From assembly GCA_004764695.1 (NCBI GenBank), contig SMSO01000031.1, forward strand, positions 1,216,436 to 1,280,435: a stretch of 64,000 nt of DNA, in the 5' to 3' direction. Under the pieces are notes generated by a model. That model ran no database searches, was not told where the DNA came from, and saw only the letters and a program-made list of their open reading frames with translations. The translations under genes were made by a program, and so were the position numbers. The DNA comes from Schizochytrium sp. TIO01 (taxonomy: Eukaryota; Protista; Bigyra: Labyrinthulomycetes). Numbering within the stretch: position 1 is the first letter of the stretch; every line of letters begins with the position of its first letter. Below, piece by piece: positions 20,656 to 30,761 of the stretch.

Positions 20656-23600
20656 TCAATGCACGTTTGCTTCACGAGTAGCGAGAAATATAGTTGAAGA
20701 TCTACCTGCGTAAACGTTGGTGGCATAGAGAGGTGCCTCGGGGTCATCTTCGTCAACAAGATGCACTTGTCGTGGCTTGGAGACATATGTGGGGCAAACT
20801 TCAAGGGATACTGGATCCTGCAGAGGTAATCCGAGCTGTCCATGGGAACCAAGACCAAAAGTAAAGGCACGGCCATCTGTACTAACCACGGCAGAATGGC
20901 GGTGGCCACATGCAATCCGGCTCACACGAATTGATTTCTTAATAAAGTACTGGACGAGTGTTGGTTCGTACTTAGATGTTCGGTCTCCATGACCAAGTTC
21001 GCCAGCAACACCAGCACCCCAACTCAGAGTAAGGCCACCCAGGGTCAACGCCAGACAATGTTGTGAGGAGCTTGAAATCCGGGCAATATGGATGCGGTCG
21101 ACGCCTGGGTACGGCGGAGGAAGCTTTACGAGAACTGGCATCGGCGAGCGTACAAACTCGTTACGGGTCGAGCCGAGTCCTCGCGCAGCACAATCAGCAC
21201 CCCAGGCGTACATTCTACCCTTTTCCGTCAAAATAAGAGAATGCTGGGAACCACATGCAACCTGGACGATCCTTGCCCGCTCTGGAAGATGCACAATACG
21301 GGGATGATCACGAGCAAAGCCTGTAGGACAAATAGCCTCACGTTCAGAGGGCTCTGGACCATATTTTGCATGCAGTAAATCCAATAATTCCTGCTGACGA
21401 TTTCCATACAAACGTAGCATAGTACTTAGAAAGCCCGGGTTCGTGCGAATCTTGTTCGGGTTGTACTTAAGGTAGAAGCGTCGTACACGCGCAGCGAACT
21501 CAAGGTTTGCCGGGATACTCCCATCCTGGCCATTCATCATAGTATCTTGTGTTTCGGACCGGCGGCGTCCACTCTCGTCTAAGCCACGTCGGGCTCGAGC
21601 ACCCGAGTTCTCCAAGCTTGCCATCGCAATGGGAACGTCAGAACCGATTTCGTAAGCAAGGCCATCTGCATCGATAGCCAAAACATTATGGGCTCCAACT
21701 GCAACATCCCGCAAACGAATGTCGTCGTGCGGTGGCCACATTGTGGATGGAAAATAACTTGCAGAGGCTGATGGATGCTTCTTCCAGCCAGCATGACTAG
21801 CACGAGAGCCTGTGTAAGCCGGCCTATGATCTTTGTTCCACAAAAGCAAGTGTGCTGATCCAGGCTCGCGGGTTGCAGGATCACCAGCACTCTTGGCATT
21901 AGAAGCAGCATTGCGATCGGCCTGTGTTGCAGCATAACGCGGAACAAGGCCAACAGGTCCTGCATTTTGCCCCTCCATTCCAGATCCTGGAGACATTCCA
22001 GTTGTTGGAGAACCGTGGGCTCCTGACTGGAAAGCTCGTTTGCGACTTTCCTCCATAGCACCACGATCAACAATGCAACCAAACCAGCCATTCGATGTAC
22101 AGCACGAGACCTTGAGGGATCGAGCTCCAGTCATAGCAAGCTCAGTTTGTTGTACTGGCCGTAAGTGGTCCGGGTTCCACTGGTACAGCTGACCATCCTT
22201 GGTGGTGAATCGCCAGTTATCCAAGTTACCGGCTGCACTTGTTATGACTTGACCAGAAAGTTCACGAACAACAACAGGTGTCGCCTCGTAAATTGCAGGC
22301 ATTGGTACAATTGTGAAAGGCGAACTTCCACTCACTGAAGCTGGTGAAGCAATTCCAGATGAAGTACGATCCATACTCTCGTCTGGCTTTCTATTTGACA
22401 TAAGATCACCGGCACGAAGTAGAAGTTGCTCGTGATGAAACGCAAGCAGCTCTCTTGTATAGCATACAACCGAAGGATCCTTATCCATGGCACCACAAAA
22501 GAGTACACGGAGGTTGTTTGAGTACTCCTTTTCATTAAAACGTGAGATGTCAAACGATGGTGTGGAGGGAGCATTTGCATGCATTGAATCGTCAACGTCA
22601 AGTGTTAAATGTACTCCATTTTCACCTTCTAAATCCCGTGTACGGGTATAATCTGGCTGCGAGCCATTATCTCCAGTATAGTGACTAGTCACCGTTCTAA
22701 TAGAATTGACGGCAGGACGGACCTTGCGTGGCGGTAGCACAGCAGGCGGGGCATCATTGATAAGATATAGGCCAGCAAAGTGAGATGCGTTGCTGTAGCA
22801 CACCACATTGTGCAAATTACCAGACGCGAAAGCAACAACTTCGTGGTTCGACTCAATCTCCCGTGATTGACGGAAGCGCGTGGGGATCCGAGGGCCATTC
22901 TTTACAATTTCTGGGAAACCCCAGTAGAACAATTCGTCATCTTGATCAAGAGCCCATGTTGTATTCGTACCACATGAAATATTCTTAATGCTAGTGCCTT
23001 CAGGTGCGACATCAGCAAATCGAACCATGCGGGGAATTGTCGAAAGATTAGTGGAGTCATCATCAACACCAAACTCTGAAACGACACCGAGCTGACCATT
23101 AACACCATCGCCCCAAGTCCATACACGTCCTTGATCATCTAAAGCGGCAGAGTGGTATGCGCCACAGGCCACTTGGACCACCCGACGCATATCCTGCAGC
23201 AAGGCCACACGCTTAGGATCTAGACGATTTTGAGTGTCACCGTGACCAAGGGCGCCAGATTCACCAAAGCCCCAAGAGTAGACAACACCATCAGCAGTTA
23301 CTGCTAATGAATGCGCATCACCAGCACTAATGCCAACCACAACCTCATCCTCAAGATTTCGGCGAATCCACGTCGGCATAAGACGGTCTCGACCAGAATC
23401 ACCCAGACCAAGTCGCCCGCATGTGGCGACTCCGCAGCTAAACACCATACCAGAGCGCGCCATGAGCAACGTATGCTCTCGACCACACGACACAGATACA
23501 ATTTCTACACATGCGTCTGGCATTATGACGCTCTTGGTTTCGTCGATCATATAATTTTCAATCTTCGCTGGAATACTTTGAACTCCAACTTCCATTCCCT

Positions 23601-26600
23601 GGCCAAGACGACCAGCTTCACCCCAACCCCAAGCGTACACAGTTCCAGCAAGACCACCAGATGTCATACTCACAGCGGCGGTATGATCACGACCACAGTC
23701 AACTGAAGTGACAATGATTTCCTGCTCAATGAAGTATTCGACCACACGTGGCTCTGCTAAAGTCTCCTCGTCACCATGTCCAAGGCGACCAGCACCACCG
23801 TATCCGAACGTGAGCAAAACACCAGCACGTGTCACTAGGGCAGAGTGTCGGTTGCCACAGGCCACTTGCACAATTTCAATCTGGTGAGGCAAGAGAGTTC
23901 CAGGGATAACCATACTACGTCGCAACAATGAGTTTCCAAATTCTGTCTTTTCTTCCTGGTCACCGTCATCCTCGTCTTCCTCTTCGTCAACAAGATTGTC
24001 GTTAGGATTGCTGTCTGGAGATGCAAGGCCAAAGCTCTCTTTGGATGCGGTTGAGTTTCTCCTTCCACCGCCGCTGTTCGATAAATCTTGAATCATCATC
24101 TGCTCGCGTTCCTGAGAAAGTCCCATAGGAAGTCCATGGATTGAAACAAATGTTGTAACATCAATGTTTTCTGTCAACTCTTCAAGCTTTGGTACCGATG
24201 AGTTCTGCATTTGTTCACTCAAGGTAGACTGATTGGTAAAATCACTTGCATGACTTGCCACATCATCTTCCCTACCATTCGCTAAAGATCCAGATGTGCC
24301 AGAGTCAGCAGAGGAGTTTCGCGAACGTCGTGCATCCATGGATGGCATCATATCCGGTTGCGTATCTGCTTCTTGGGCTTTGTCATTAGAGCTAGGCGGT
24401 TGCTGTTGTTGGTGTTGTTGTTGTTGCTGCTGCTGCTGCTGTTGGCGTTGGTGTTGTTGCTGCTGAGCCTGGGCCTGAGACTGAAAACGAATCCGCATGC
24501 TTTTGCGAGCAATATTCATTCCATTCTGTTCACTATTCATAACAAAACCCTCAAGGCGCTCAAGGGTAAATTCGTCATCCCAGTCTTCTTCAGTGAGCGA
24601 GAAGCGTGCTCGCAGAAGCACTTCGAGTTCGTTATTTGTACTAATAGAGTCTGTGTCGAACAGGTACGTTTTAAATGGCTCACGACGCAAGATTGTGCGT
24701 TCTACGAGTTTGTGTTGGGCCAAAGGCTTGATGCGAGGGACCCGATCAAGTTTCTCCATGATTTTACGAATGCGAAGAGCACGTCGAGAATCACGAGATA
24801 AACCAGGCAGGTGCAAAAGCCAGTTGAGCAAGTTGGTAATGAAGCTCGACATTGAGACTGTGTGTTGTGCCTGCGCAACTAGGATGGCGTAGACGATGTG
24901 TGACTCATGCATTGTAAGTACAGCACGAGCCAAAGCAATAGGAACAAGAAGAGCACTTGTTTGATGACGGACCATTTCTTCTGCTCTGTATAACGCATCG
25001 AGCGCATGCGCAGTATCGCAAACAAGCTCACCATTGCCAGAGACAGAGGTGACCATGTCAGCAGCCCGAGAAAGCATGATCATGAGCCACACGTTTGTAC
25101 CTGCCAGCTCCTTTTGCATAGCTCGAGGTCCCGTCCACCAACGCTTAAACTTTTCACCTGAAGCAGACTTTGTATTTGCGCTACTAGTTGCCTTGGATTT
25201 TGAAGAAGTTGTTGGTAAGGGCGGAGTGAGGTCAAGGTCATGCTGGAAAATACGACGCGCAAGCTCAGAGTATGCATTCACAGAATTAATTCCAGCGTGC
25301 TGTTCCCGAGGTACATAGCGTGCAAGGTTATGACGCACCGAGTAATTGAGACGATTAAGGACAGTGGCAGCCATTTCTAGAGGGTCCCGAGATTCAATGG
25401 GGAAGTCTGCATAAGATGGACCAGCGTCATCACGAACTGAACAGCGGTTCATACCGCGGGAAAGACGTTGAATGTACATGTGCGGACCACCATGCTCAAG
25501 AATAGATGTATTAACACCTTCATAAGTTGGGTCCACTTGCTCTTCAAGGCTTGCGAGCGAGGTAATCTCACCCATATCATGTAGCAATGTTTTAACAGTG
25601 AGAACTTGACCTGAAAGGCGAAGGAATGCTTGCACAAGAAGTTTCTTGAGTTCTATACTATCGTAACGTGCATCTTCCTGGGTGCTAAACAATGGTCCGG
25701 AGGATCCTACTACACCAGCAGCTTGTTGCACAAAAAAGCGTAGAAAAAGCAAGGCACCACTCAAGTTACCACGGAAACGGTGTAGGATGAGATCTGGAAG
25801 GATGATGTCGGCTCCAGTGGGGCCAAGAAGCTCGTACATTAGAGCAAGGGTTTCCTCAGTCGTAGATGTGCCGTGATTGTGCAATATAGTGATGACTTGC
25901 TGGGGGTGGTTGACGAGAAAGCGATTCCGTGCAATATGCGTAGCGGCGGCATAAGTACCGTTCATTGCAGCATCAAGAGCAATCAATGCCTCTGCGTCAA
26001 GGACACGGGAGGTCTCTGACGGATTTAATTTAAGCGTTGCCATACGTACATAGTATTCGCGAAATAGTTCGAGGCGTGCTACGGGATATTCAGGACGCAA
26101 CAAATCTGCTTTCCAGGACAGTTGTTCATATATTTCATCTTGCTTGAAAGTGAGAATTGCATTACCGTATACATCCTTGCCAAGAATACTCGTCACAATG
26201 CGATTAAGACGACGATTATTGTCGCTACGAACAGGACAGAGACACTTTACAGAGTTGTGAGAATAACGAAGCACACTGTTTTCACGCGGAACATCGAGCA
26301 TTGCAAGAATGACTGCCTTGCGCCGGTCACGATTGCCAGGAATTTCCACAGAAGAAATGAACCCGTCCTGTGTCACAAGTACAGACGCTGCCGAACGATT
26401 CGTGGGCAGATGCATAAAACGGGCAAAGGGGCTAGAGTCGGGACCTAAAGGAATATCCAGCTTTTCTACATCAAATGCATGTGGTGGTGATGGGGTTGCA
26501 AAGACTTTGACACCTTGCTGAAGGACCAGGGAAGAGGTGAGCTGAAAACGATTTGTGTTAAGATGATCCTGGTCGAGAACTAGAAGAACACCTTTTGCAT

Positions 26601-27684
26601 CAAAAAAGTGTTGCATCGCATCGTGGATGCGGGTTTCTTCAATACTATCCGGCGCAGCAAACGACGACTCCGTGAAACGCTCGACACATTGTAATTCGCC
26701 AGAGTTTGCGCTCCCAGGTGTCCTGACGTTATTTTGCACCTCAAAGGCATGGACAAGAATGAAGGAGCAGAAATCTCTCCACAACCGGTAAGAGACCATG
26801 GCATCTCCGCGAAGGTAATTGGGTGCATATTCTGCATTCCAAAAACGTTGCGGCAGGACATCAAGATCAGCGGTCACTTCAAAGAAAGCCTGGTGCCAAG
26901 CATCACGTGCCCGTTCAAGGTCTGAGCGACGAAGGGGAGTCGATGCTGTGCTAAGACCATTTCCTTTGCTTGACTGTGTTTTCGGGTCTTGCTGGGGACC
27001 ATTTTGGCCTTTCGAACCAGTTTGTCGCATCGAAGCTGGGCGAGTTGCCGCCGCAACACCCAGCACGTCACGAAACCACCCTCGGACAGTTTTCTCAGAA
27101 GCCAAAGCTAGCCAAATGGGATGGGCCTCCTTGTTAGGGTATACGCGGAAAGTATAAAGACGGGACTTTTTATCAAGTTCAACTTGCTTAAAGCCTGCAT
27201 TTTCAAGTACGATGACGCGTGTTTTCAGGTGCTCTTCGTCGATGCCATTTTCTTTCGCTTTTGCGCGCGCTCGAGTTCGTTTCTCTTGTTCACTGAGTGG
27301 AGCGGTTGAGTTAGATTTGAAGGGCCAAATTGCAAAGCCCTTAGCCTGGTGCTCCTTAATCACAAGGTTGCCATTAGCAAAAAGAATGACATCTTTTTTG
27401 GTCCACCGGACGAACTCCCTATCATCATCAGCCTCTTCCCCGGAGGACTTACCCATGAGAGCGTTGACCTGGTTGATATCATCCCAATCCTGAAACTCGT
27501 CTTCGTTGGCCAGAGCATCGAAAAGAGAGTTCCCTTCTCCACCAGAGCCGCCCACGCTCTGGCCGCTGGGCTTAAACTCCTTTTCAAACATGATGCCTTC
27601 CCGGACGATCACATGACCTTCAATTTTTCGTGGGCGATCTTGCGCCGAAGACGAGGTCGCAGCGGACACCACGGAGCCCGGCAT
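20656..27684 (-). CDS. Large PH-domain + RCC1-repeat protein (2,342 aa) with polyQ tract
   Basis: N-terminal PH-like segment (WTKKDVILFANGNL...TFRVYP...LALASEKTVRGWFRDV). RCC1 blades such as VACGNRHSALVT..G.LLTFGYGGAGRLGHGD at ~23880-22795 and a second set at ~21720-20680. PolyQ at ~24400-24480. Confidence 0.93.
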   Translation of the reverse strand: MPGSVVSAATSSSAQDRPRKIEGHVIVREGIMFEKEFKPSGQSVGGSGGEGNSLFDALANEDEFQDWDDINQVNALMGKSSGEEADDDREFVRWTKKDVILFANGNLVIKEHQAKGFAIWPFKSNSTAPLSEQEKRTRARAKAKENGIDEEHLKTRVIVLENAGFKQVELDKKSRLYTFRVYPNKEAHPIWLALASEKTVRGWFRDVLGVAAATRPASMRQTGSKGQNGPQQDPKTQSSKGNGLSTASTPLRRSDLERARDAWHQAFFEVTADLDVLPQRFWNAEYAPNYLRGDAMVSYRLWRDFCSFILVHAFEVQNNVRTPGSANSGELQCVERFTESSFAAPDSIEETRIHDAMQHFFDAKGVLLVLDQDHLNTNRFQLTSSLVLQQGVKVFATPSPPHAFDVEKLDIPLGPDSSPFARFMHLPTNRSAASVLVTQDGFISSVEIPGNRDRRKAVILAMLDVPRENSVLRYSHNSVKCLCPVRSDNNRRLNRIVTSILGKDVYGNAILTFKQDEIYEQLSWKADLLRPEYPVARLELFREYYVRMATLKLNPSETSRVLDAEALIALDAAMNGTYAAATHIARNRFLVNHPQQVITILHNHGTSTTEETLALMYELLGPTGADIILPDLILHRFRGNLSGALLFLRFFVQQAAGVVGSSGPLFSTQEDARYDSIELKKLLVQAFLRLSGQVLTVKTLLHDMGEITSLASLEEQVDPTYEGVNTSILEHGGPHMYIQRLSRGMNRCSVRDDAGPSYADFPIESRDPLEMAATVLNRLNYSVRHNLARYVPREQHAGINSVNAYSELARRIFQHDLDLTPPLPTTSSKSKATSSANTKSASGEKFKRWWTGPRAMQKELAGTNVWLMIMLSRAADMVTSVSGNGELVCDTAHALDALYRAEEMVRHQTSALLVPIALARAVLTMHESHIVYAILVAQAQHTVSMSSFITNLLNWLLHLPGLSRDSRRALRIRKIMEKLDRVPRIKPLAQHKLVERTILRREPFKTYLFDTDSISTNNELEVLLRARFSLTEEDWDDEFTLERLEGFVMNSEQNGMNIARKSMRIRFQSQAQAQQQQHQRQQQQQQQQQQHQQQQPPSSNDKAQEADTQPDMMPSMDARRSRNSSADSGTSGSLANGREDDVASHASDFTNQSTLSEQMQNSSVPKLEELTENIDVTTFVSIHGLPMGLSQEREQMMIQDLSNSGGGRRNSTASKESFGLASPDSNPNDNLVDEEEDEDDGDQEEKTEFGNSLLRRSMVIPGTLLPHQIEIVQVACGNRHSALVTRAGVLLTFGYGGAGRLGHGDEETLAEPRVVEYFIEQEIIVTSVDCGRDHTAAVSMTSGGLAGTVYAWGWGEAGRLGQGMEVGVQSIPAKIENYMIDETKSVIMPDACVEIVSVSCGREHTLLMARSGMVFSCGVATCGRLGLGDSGRDRLMPTWIRRNLEDEVVVGISAGDAHSLAVTADGVVYSWGFGESGALGHGDTQNRLDPKRVALLQDMRRVVQVACGAYHSAALDDQGRVWTWGDGVNGQLGVVSEFGVDDDSTNLSTIPRMVRFADVAPEGTSIKNISCGTNTTWALDQDDELFYWGFPEIVKNGPRIPTRFRQSREIESNHEVVAFASGNLHNVVCYSNASHFAGLYLINDAPPAVLPPRKVRPAVNSIRTVTSHYTGDNGSQPDYTRTRDLEGENGVHLTLDVDDSMHANAPSTPSFDISRFNEKEYSNNLRVLFCGAMDKDPSVVCYTRELLAFHHEQLLLRAGDLMSNRKPDESMDRTSSGIASPASVSGSSPFTIVPMPAIYEATPVVVRELSGQVITSAAGNLDNWRFTTKDGQLYQWNPDHLRPVQQTELAMTGARSLKVSCCTSNGWFGCIVDRGAMEESRKRAFQSGAHGSPTTGMSPGSGMEGQNAGPVGLVPRYAATQADRNAASNAKSAGDPATREPGSAHLLLWNKDHRPAYTGSRASHAGWKKHPSASASYFPSTMWPPHDDIRLRDVAVGAHNVLAIDADGLAYEIGSDVPIAMASLENSGARARRGLDESGRRRSETQDTMMNGQDGSIPANLEFAARVRRFYLKYNPNKIRTNPGFLSTMLRLYGNRQQELLDLLHAKYGPEPSEREAICPTGFARDHPRIVHLPERARIVQVACGSQHSLILTEKGRMYAWGADCAARGLGSTRNEFVRSPMPVLVKLPPPYPGVDRIHIARISSSSQHCLALTLGGLTLSWGAGVAGELGHGDRTSKYEPTLVQYFIKKSIRVSRIACGHRHSAVVSTDGRAFTFGLGSHGQLGLPLQDPVSLEVCPTYVSKPRQVHLVDEDDPEAPLYATNVYAGRSSTIFLATREANVH

Positions 27685-28410
27685 GGTTTAAAGTAGTTAA
27701 TCTACGGAAATAAATCCCGTTGGTCGTCCGTTTATGATGATATCTTTCTCCTTGCCACGCCTCTGGTCCTTCTCCAGATGGTTAGCAAGATTGTCCTTTA
27801 TAGATTTTTGCCTTATTGGGTAGTGGTAGAACTATTAAATCCGCCAAAACCCAAGTCAGTCGCGGGCCCGATGAAGATCCTGTTACTGGGATTTTATTTC
27901 GTCGCAGGCGTGGGTGGCGAAGAAGTTTTGCGTGATTTCACCTCGCCGGGTCAATCCTCTCGTTTCTTCCTGCGATCTAGTCTAGAATGCAATCTGCGCG
28001 AGATGCTCCTGACAATTAGAATCCGCACGAGCTTTCCCTCAGCTGTCTGTGCGTTTCACCGTGTGATCTGTACTACAGCCCAGAAGTTCGCCTGCACTGC
28101 CGCTCACTCTGCGCCTCAACAGCAGTACCAATACGGAAGGTCCCTACTCTTCTACAAAACAATATGTCTTATTGGGTCCTTATATATCTTCTCTTCGCCT
28201 TGAGGCCGATCGATGGAGCGCTTGCCAAGGAGCGCGGGGCCAGCACGAGGTTCGCTGGAGATGTGCTGCTGTCGACAGGTGGCTGCCTGCCTCTGGTGGA
28301 GAGGCCTCGCCGCCGCAGGAGCTCGCGGCTGCGTGGACCACCTCCGGCTCGCGTCAATGCGGATCTGGTGTCGCGCTATCCATTACGATCATTGAGTCAT
28401 TTCCATTCGC

Positions 28411-28495
28411 AAAACAAACAAACAAACAAACAAACAAACAATCATGTGAAAAGAAAAGAAAACAAAACAAAAGAAAACAAAAGAAAACAAAACCA
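28411..28495. repeat. (AAAC)n / (AAAAC, AAAAG)n microsatellite
   Basis: Seen directly. Confidence 0.85.
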
Positions 28496-28589
28496 ATTTC
28501 TTTTACTTTCTCTTTAAATAGTTTATTTTCCCTCTCATTTATTCACAGCTTTTGGAATCCAAGATAAATGAGGCGCCCACTCTAACACA

Positions 28590-28660
28590 GGGTTATAGCC
28601 TCTATAACCCACTTGTGCGTCCTATACCCTACTTGCGCGTGCTATAACCCACTTGCGCGG
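28590..28660 (-). promoter_or_regulatory. Putative upstream element: three 20-bp tandem repeats plus a 9-bp inverted repeat
   Basis: tctataacccacttgtgcgt / cctataccctacttgcgcgt / gctataacccacttgcgcgg at 28601-28660; GGGTTATAG-cct-CTATAACCC at 28590-28610. Confidence 0.55.
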
Positions 28661-30761
28661 GACCTCCTCTACTCTTTACATCCACCATAGCGCACTTGCA
28701 CTTCTGCGGGCCTGACTGGCTGCCTTCCTGTGGCTTTGTATTCGATGATGCCTGCCTCACTTGCTTGCTTGCTTGCTTGCTTGCTTGCCTGCCACAGGTG
28801 CGAACGAATCAGGCCCTGTTCGCTTTTCAACCACACGGGGCTCGCTGCCTGATAGTTCTGCTGCTTTTATTCCTTGCTGCGTGTTCCTCTTCTTGAACCT
28901 GAGAGAATTGCTTCTATTATCCACCCATCACCTGAAGAGAGGTCACCTAGAGCTCAGAACGCAAGACAAAACTTTCATATTCATGTACGTATGTATGTAT
29001 GTATGTATGTATATATATACCTACAACCAAACTTCTCTCTACATTGCATTACATTGCATTACATAGCGAACGAGCTATGATGACCCTTTGTTGTTGTTGT
29101 TCTTCTTCTTCTTCCTGCTCTTACTTAGTCTCGTTCAGTTTTGGCCGATCGACACACAGAAGAAACGCAGCAAAACCTGCGATTCTAGTTCGCCTCCATC
29201 GCGGTTGCGGCTTTCAGGTCGTCGTCCTGGCTGGCCTACTACTGCAACTCCGTTCTTCAGTCCCTCGAATCAAAGCTAGCTGTCTATCTTCAGGCATCGG
29301 GAAGCCGCCCGAAATGACTGGGTTCGCGGCGTGAGTCGATGATGAGGAGGCCTCATCTTCATCATATTAGAACATATACGAATGCGAGAGAGAAAGAGAT
29401 TCTTTTCTAAATGAATATTGTCCAAAGTAAAGGACGAATCGAATCAATGAGGTGAACGAACGAGTTATATACCCTTAGTTCTGCAGGAGTGAAGCGCAAA
29501 TGAATGCATGAATGGATGAATGAATGAATGTGAGTGGATATGATGAGCATCTCATGATACGAGATGGGCATGGGTTATGATGATCAATCCACTGATGTGA
29601 CCATCCATGGAATTCGATGAGTTTGGAGCAATGGATGGGCATGGCGTTATGAAGGCTGCGATGATGTGAACTGACTGGATAACTGGGTTACGCTGATGTC
29701 GTCAGTGTTGAGGTAGCTCGTTGACAAGCAATGCACAAATAAATACAGCCAAGTCTGCGGTATATCTTGAGAAGGACACGCCCTCCAAAGCTGGCTTGTG
29801 TGTAGCTTGATGGCTGGCTATCGAGGCCTTCGATTCCCTCTTCTGGGATGATGGATGGTCAGGCTGCAGCAGTGGTGGTAGCCGCGGCGATGACGACCTT
29901 GAGCAGGAGGAAGCTGCGAAAGGCCTGGAGACGATGTCTCTATTTGATTGTTTGATTGCTTGATTGTCTGTTTATTGGACGAACGAGTTTACTTGGCGTA
30001 ACGTGATGATCGATAGCACGGTCGAAAGTGACAACTTAAGCGAGGGCACCCGCTTTAGAGTGCGAAGGGCGATAGAGCAGAATTGAGGAATCCAGGTTCG
30101 CTCAAGCTTAGAAGCGACGCTGCAGGCGCGGCATGCTATGTGGCGGATGCAGAGAAGCGCATGCCAAGGCAGAGCTTGATCGAACTGGGTTCTTGTTCGT
30201 ATTCTATGCTGGGTGAAGGCGATCTTTTGAGAGTACTTGTATGGATTGTATTTATGAGCGATTAGTTTAGAGGCCGGATTGCAGGAATGAGGAATGAGGG
30301 CAAGAAGCGTCGCCTAGGTCTTTGGAAAGGAGAAATACGAAAGTTAAACTGGCCAGAGAAGCTTTGTGAGTCTTCGGCGCTTCTGACATCAATGAGCATC
30401 GTTGAACCTCTCTATATATTTAATATAAAAAAATACCTGCATGACCCATTCAAGCTTGGGTTTCCTATTCTTTGTTAACTGTTTTATTTGGGCTCCACCG
30501 TGCCTTAATACAGAACGTTTGTCTTTATGCACGACTGTCAATAGTTTGCTTACATCTTTGTCACACCATTTGTGATTGCTTCGCCAAATTTGTCCCAGAA
30601 ATAAATCAGCAATACATTAGAAGAAGAAAAAAAAAGTTATCTCTCTCAAATTACAACCGTCGCCTTTCCTCGAAGACAAGGTACTGAGTACCTCTAGAGA
30701 GGGACTTATCAAACAACAAAATCTCAGGGTCCAGCGTCTGATATGCGCAAGAACTCTTCGC

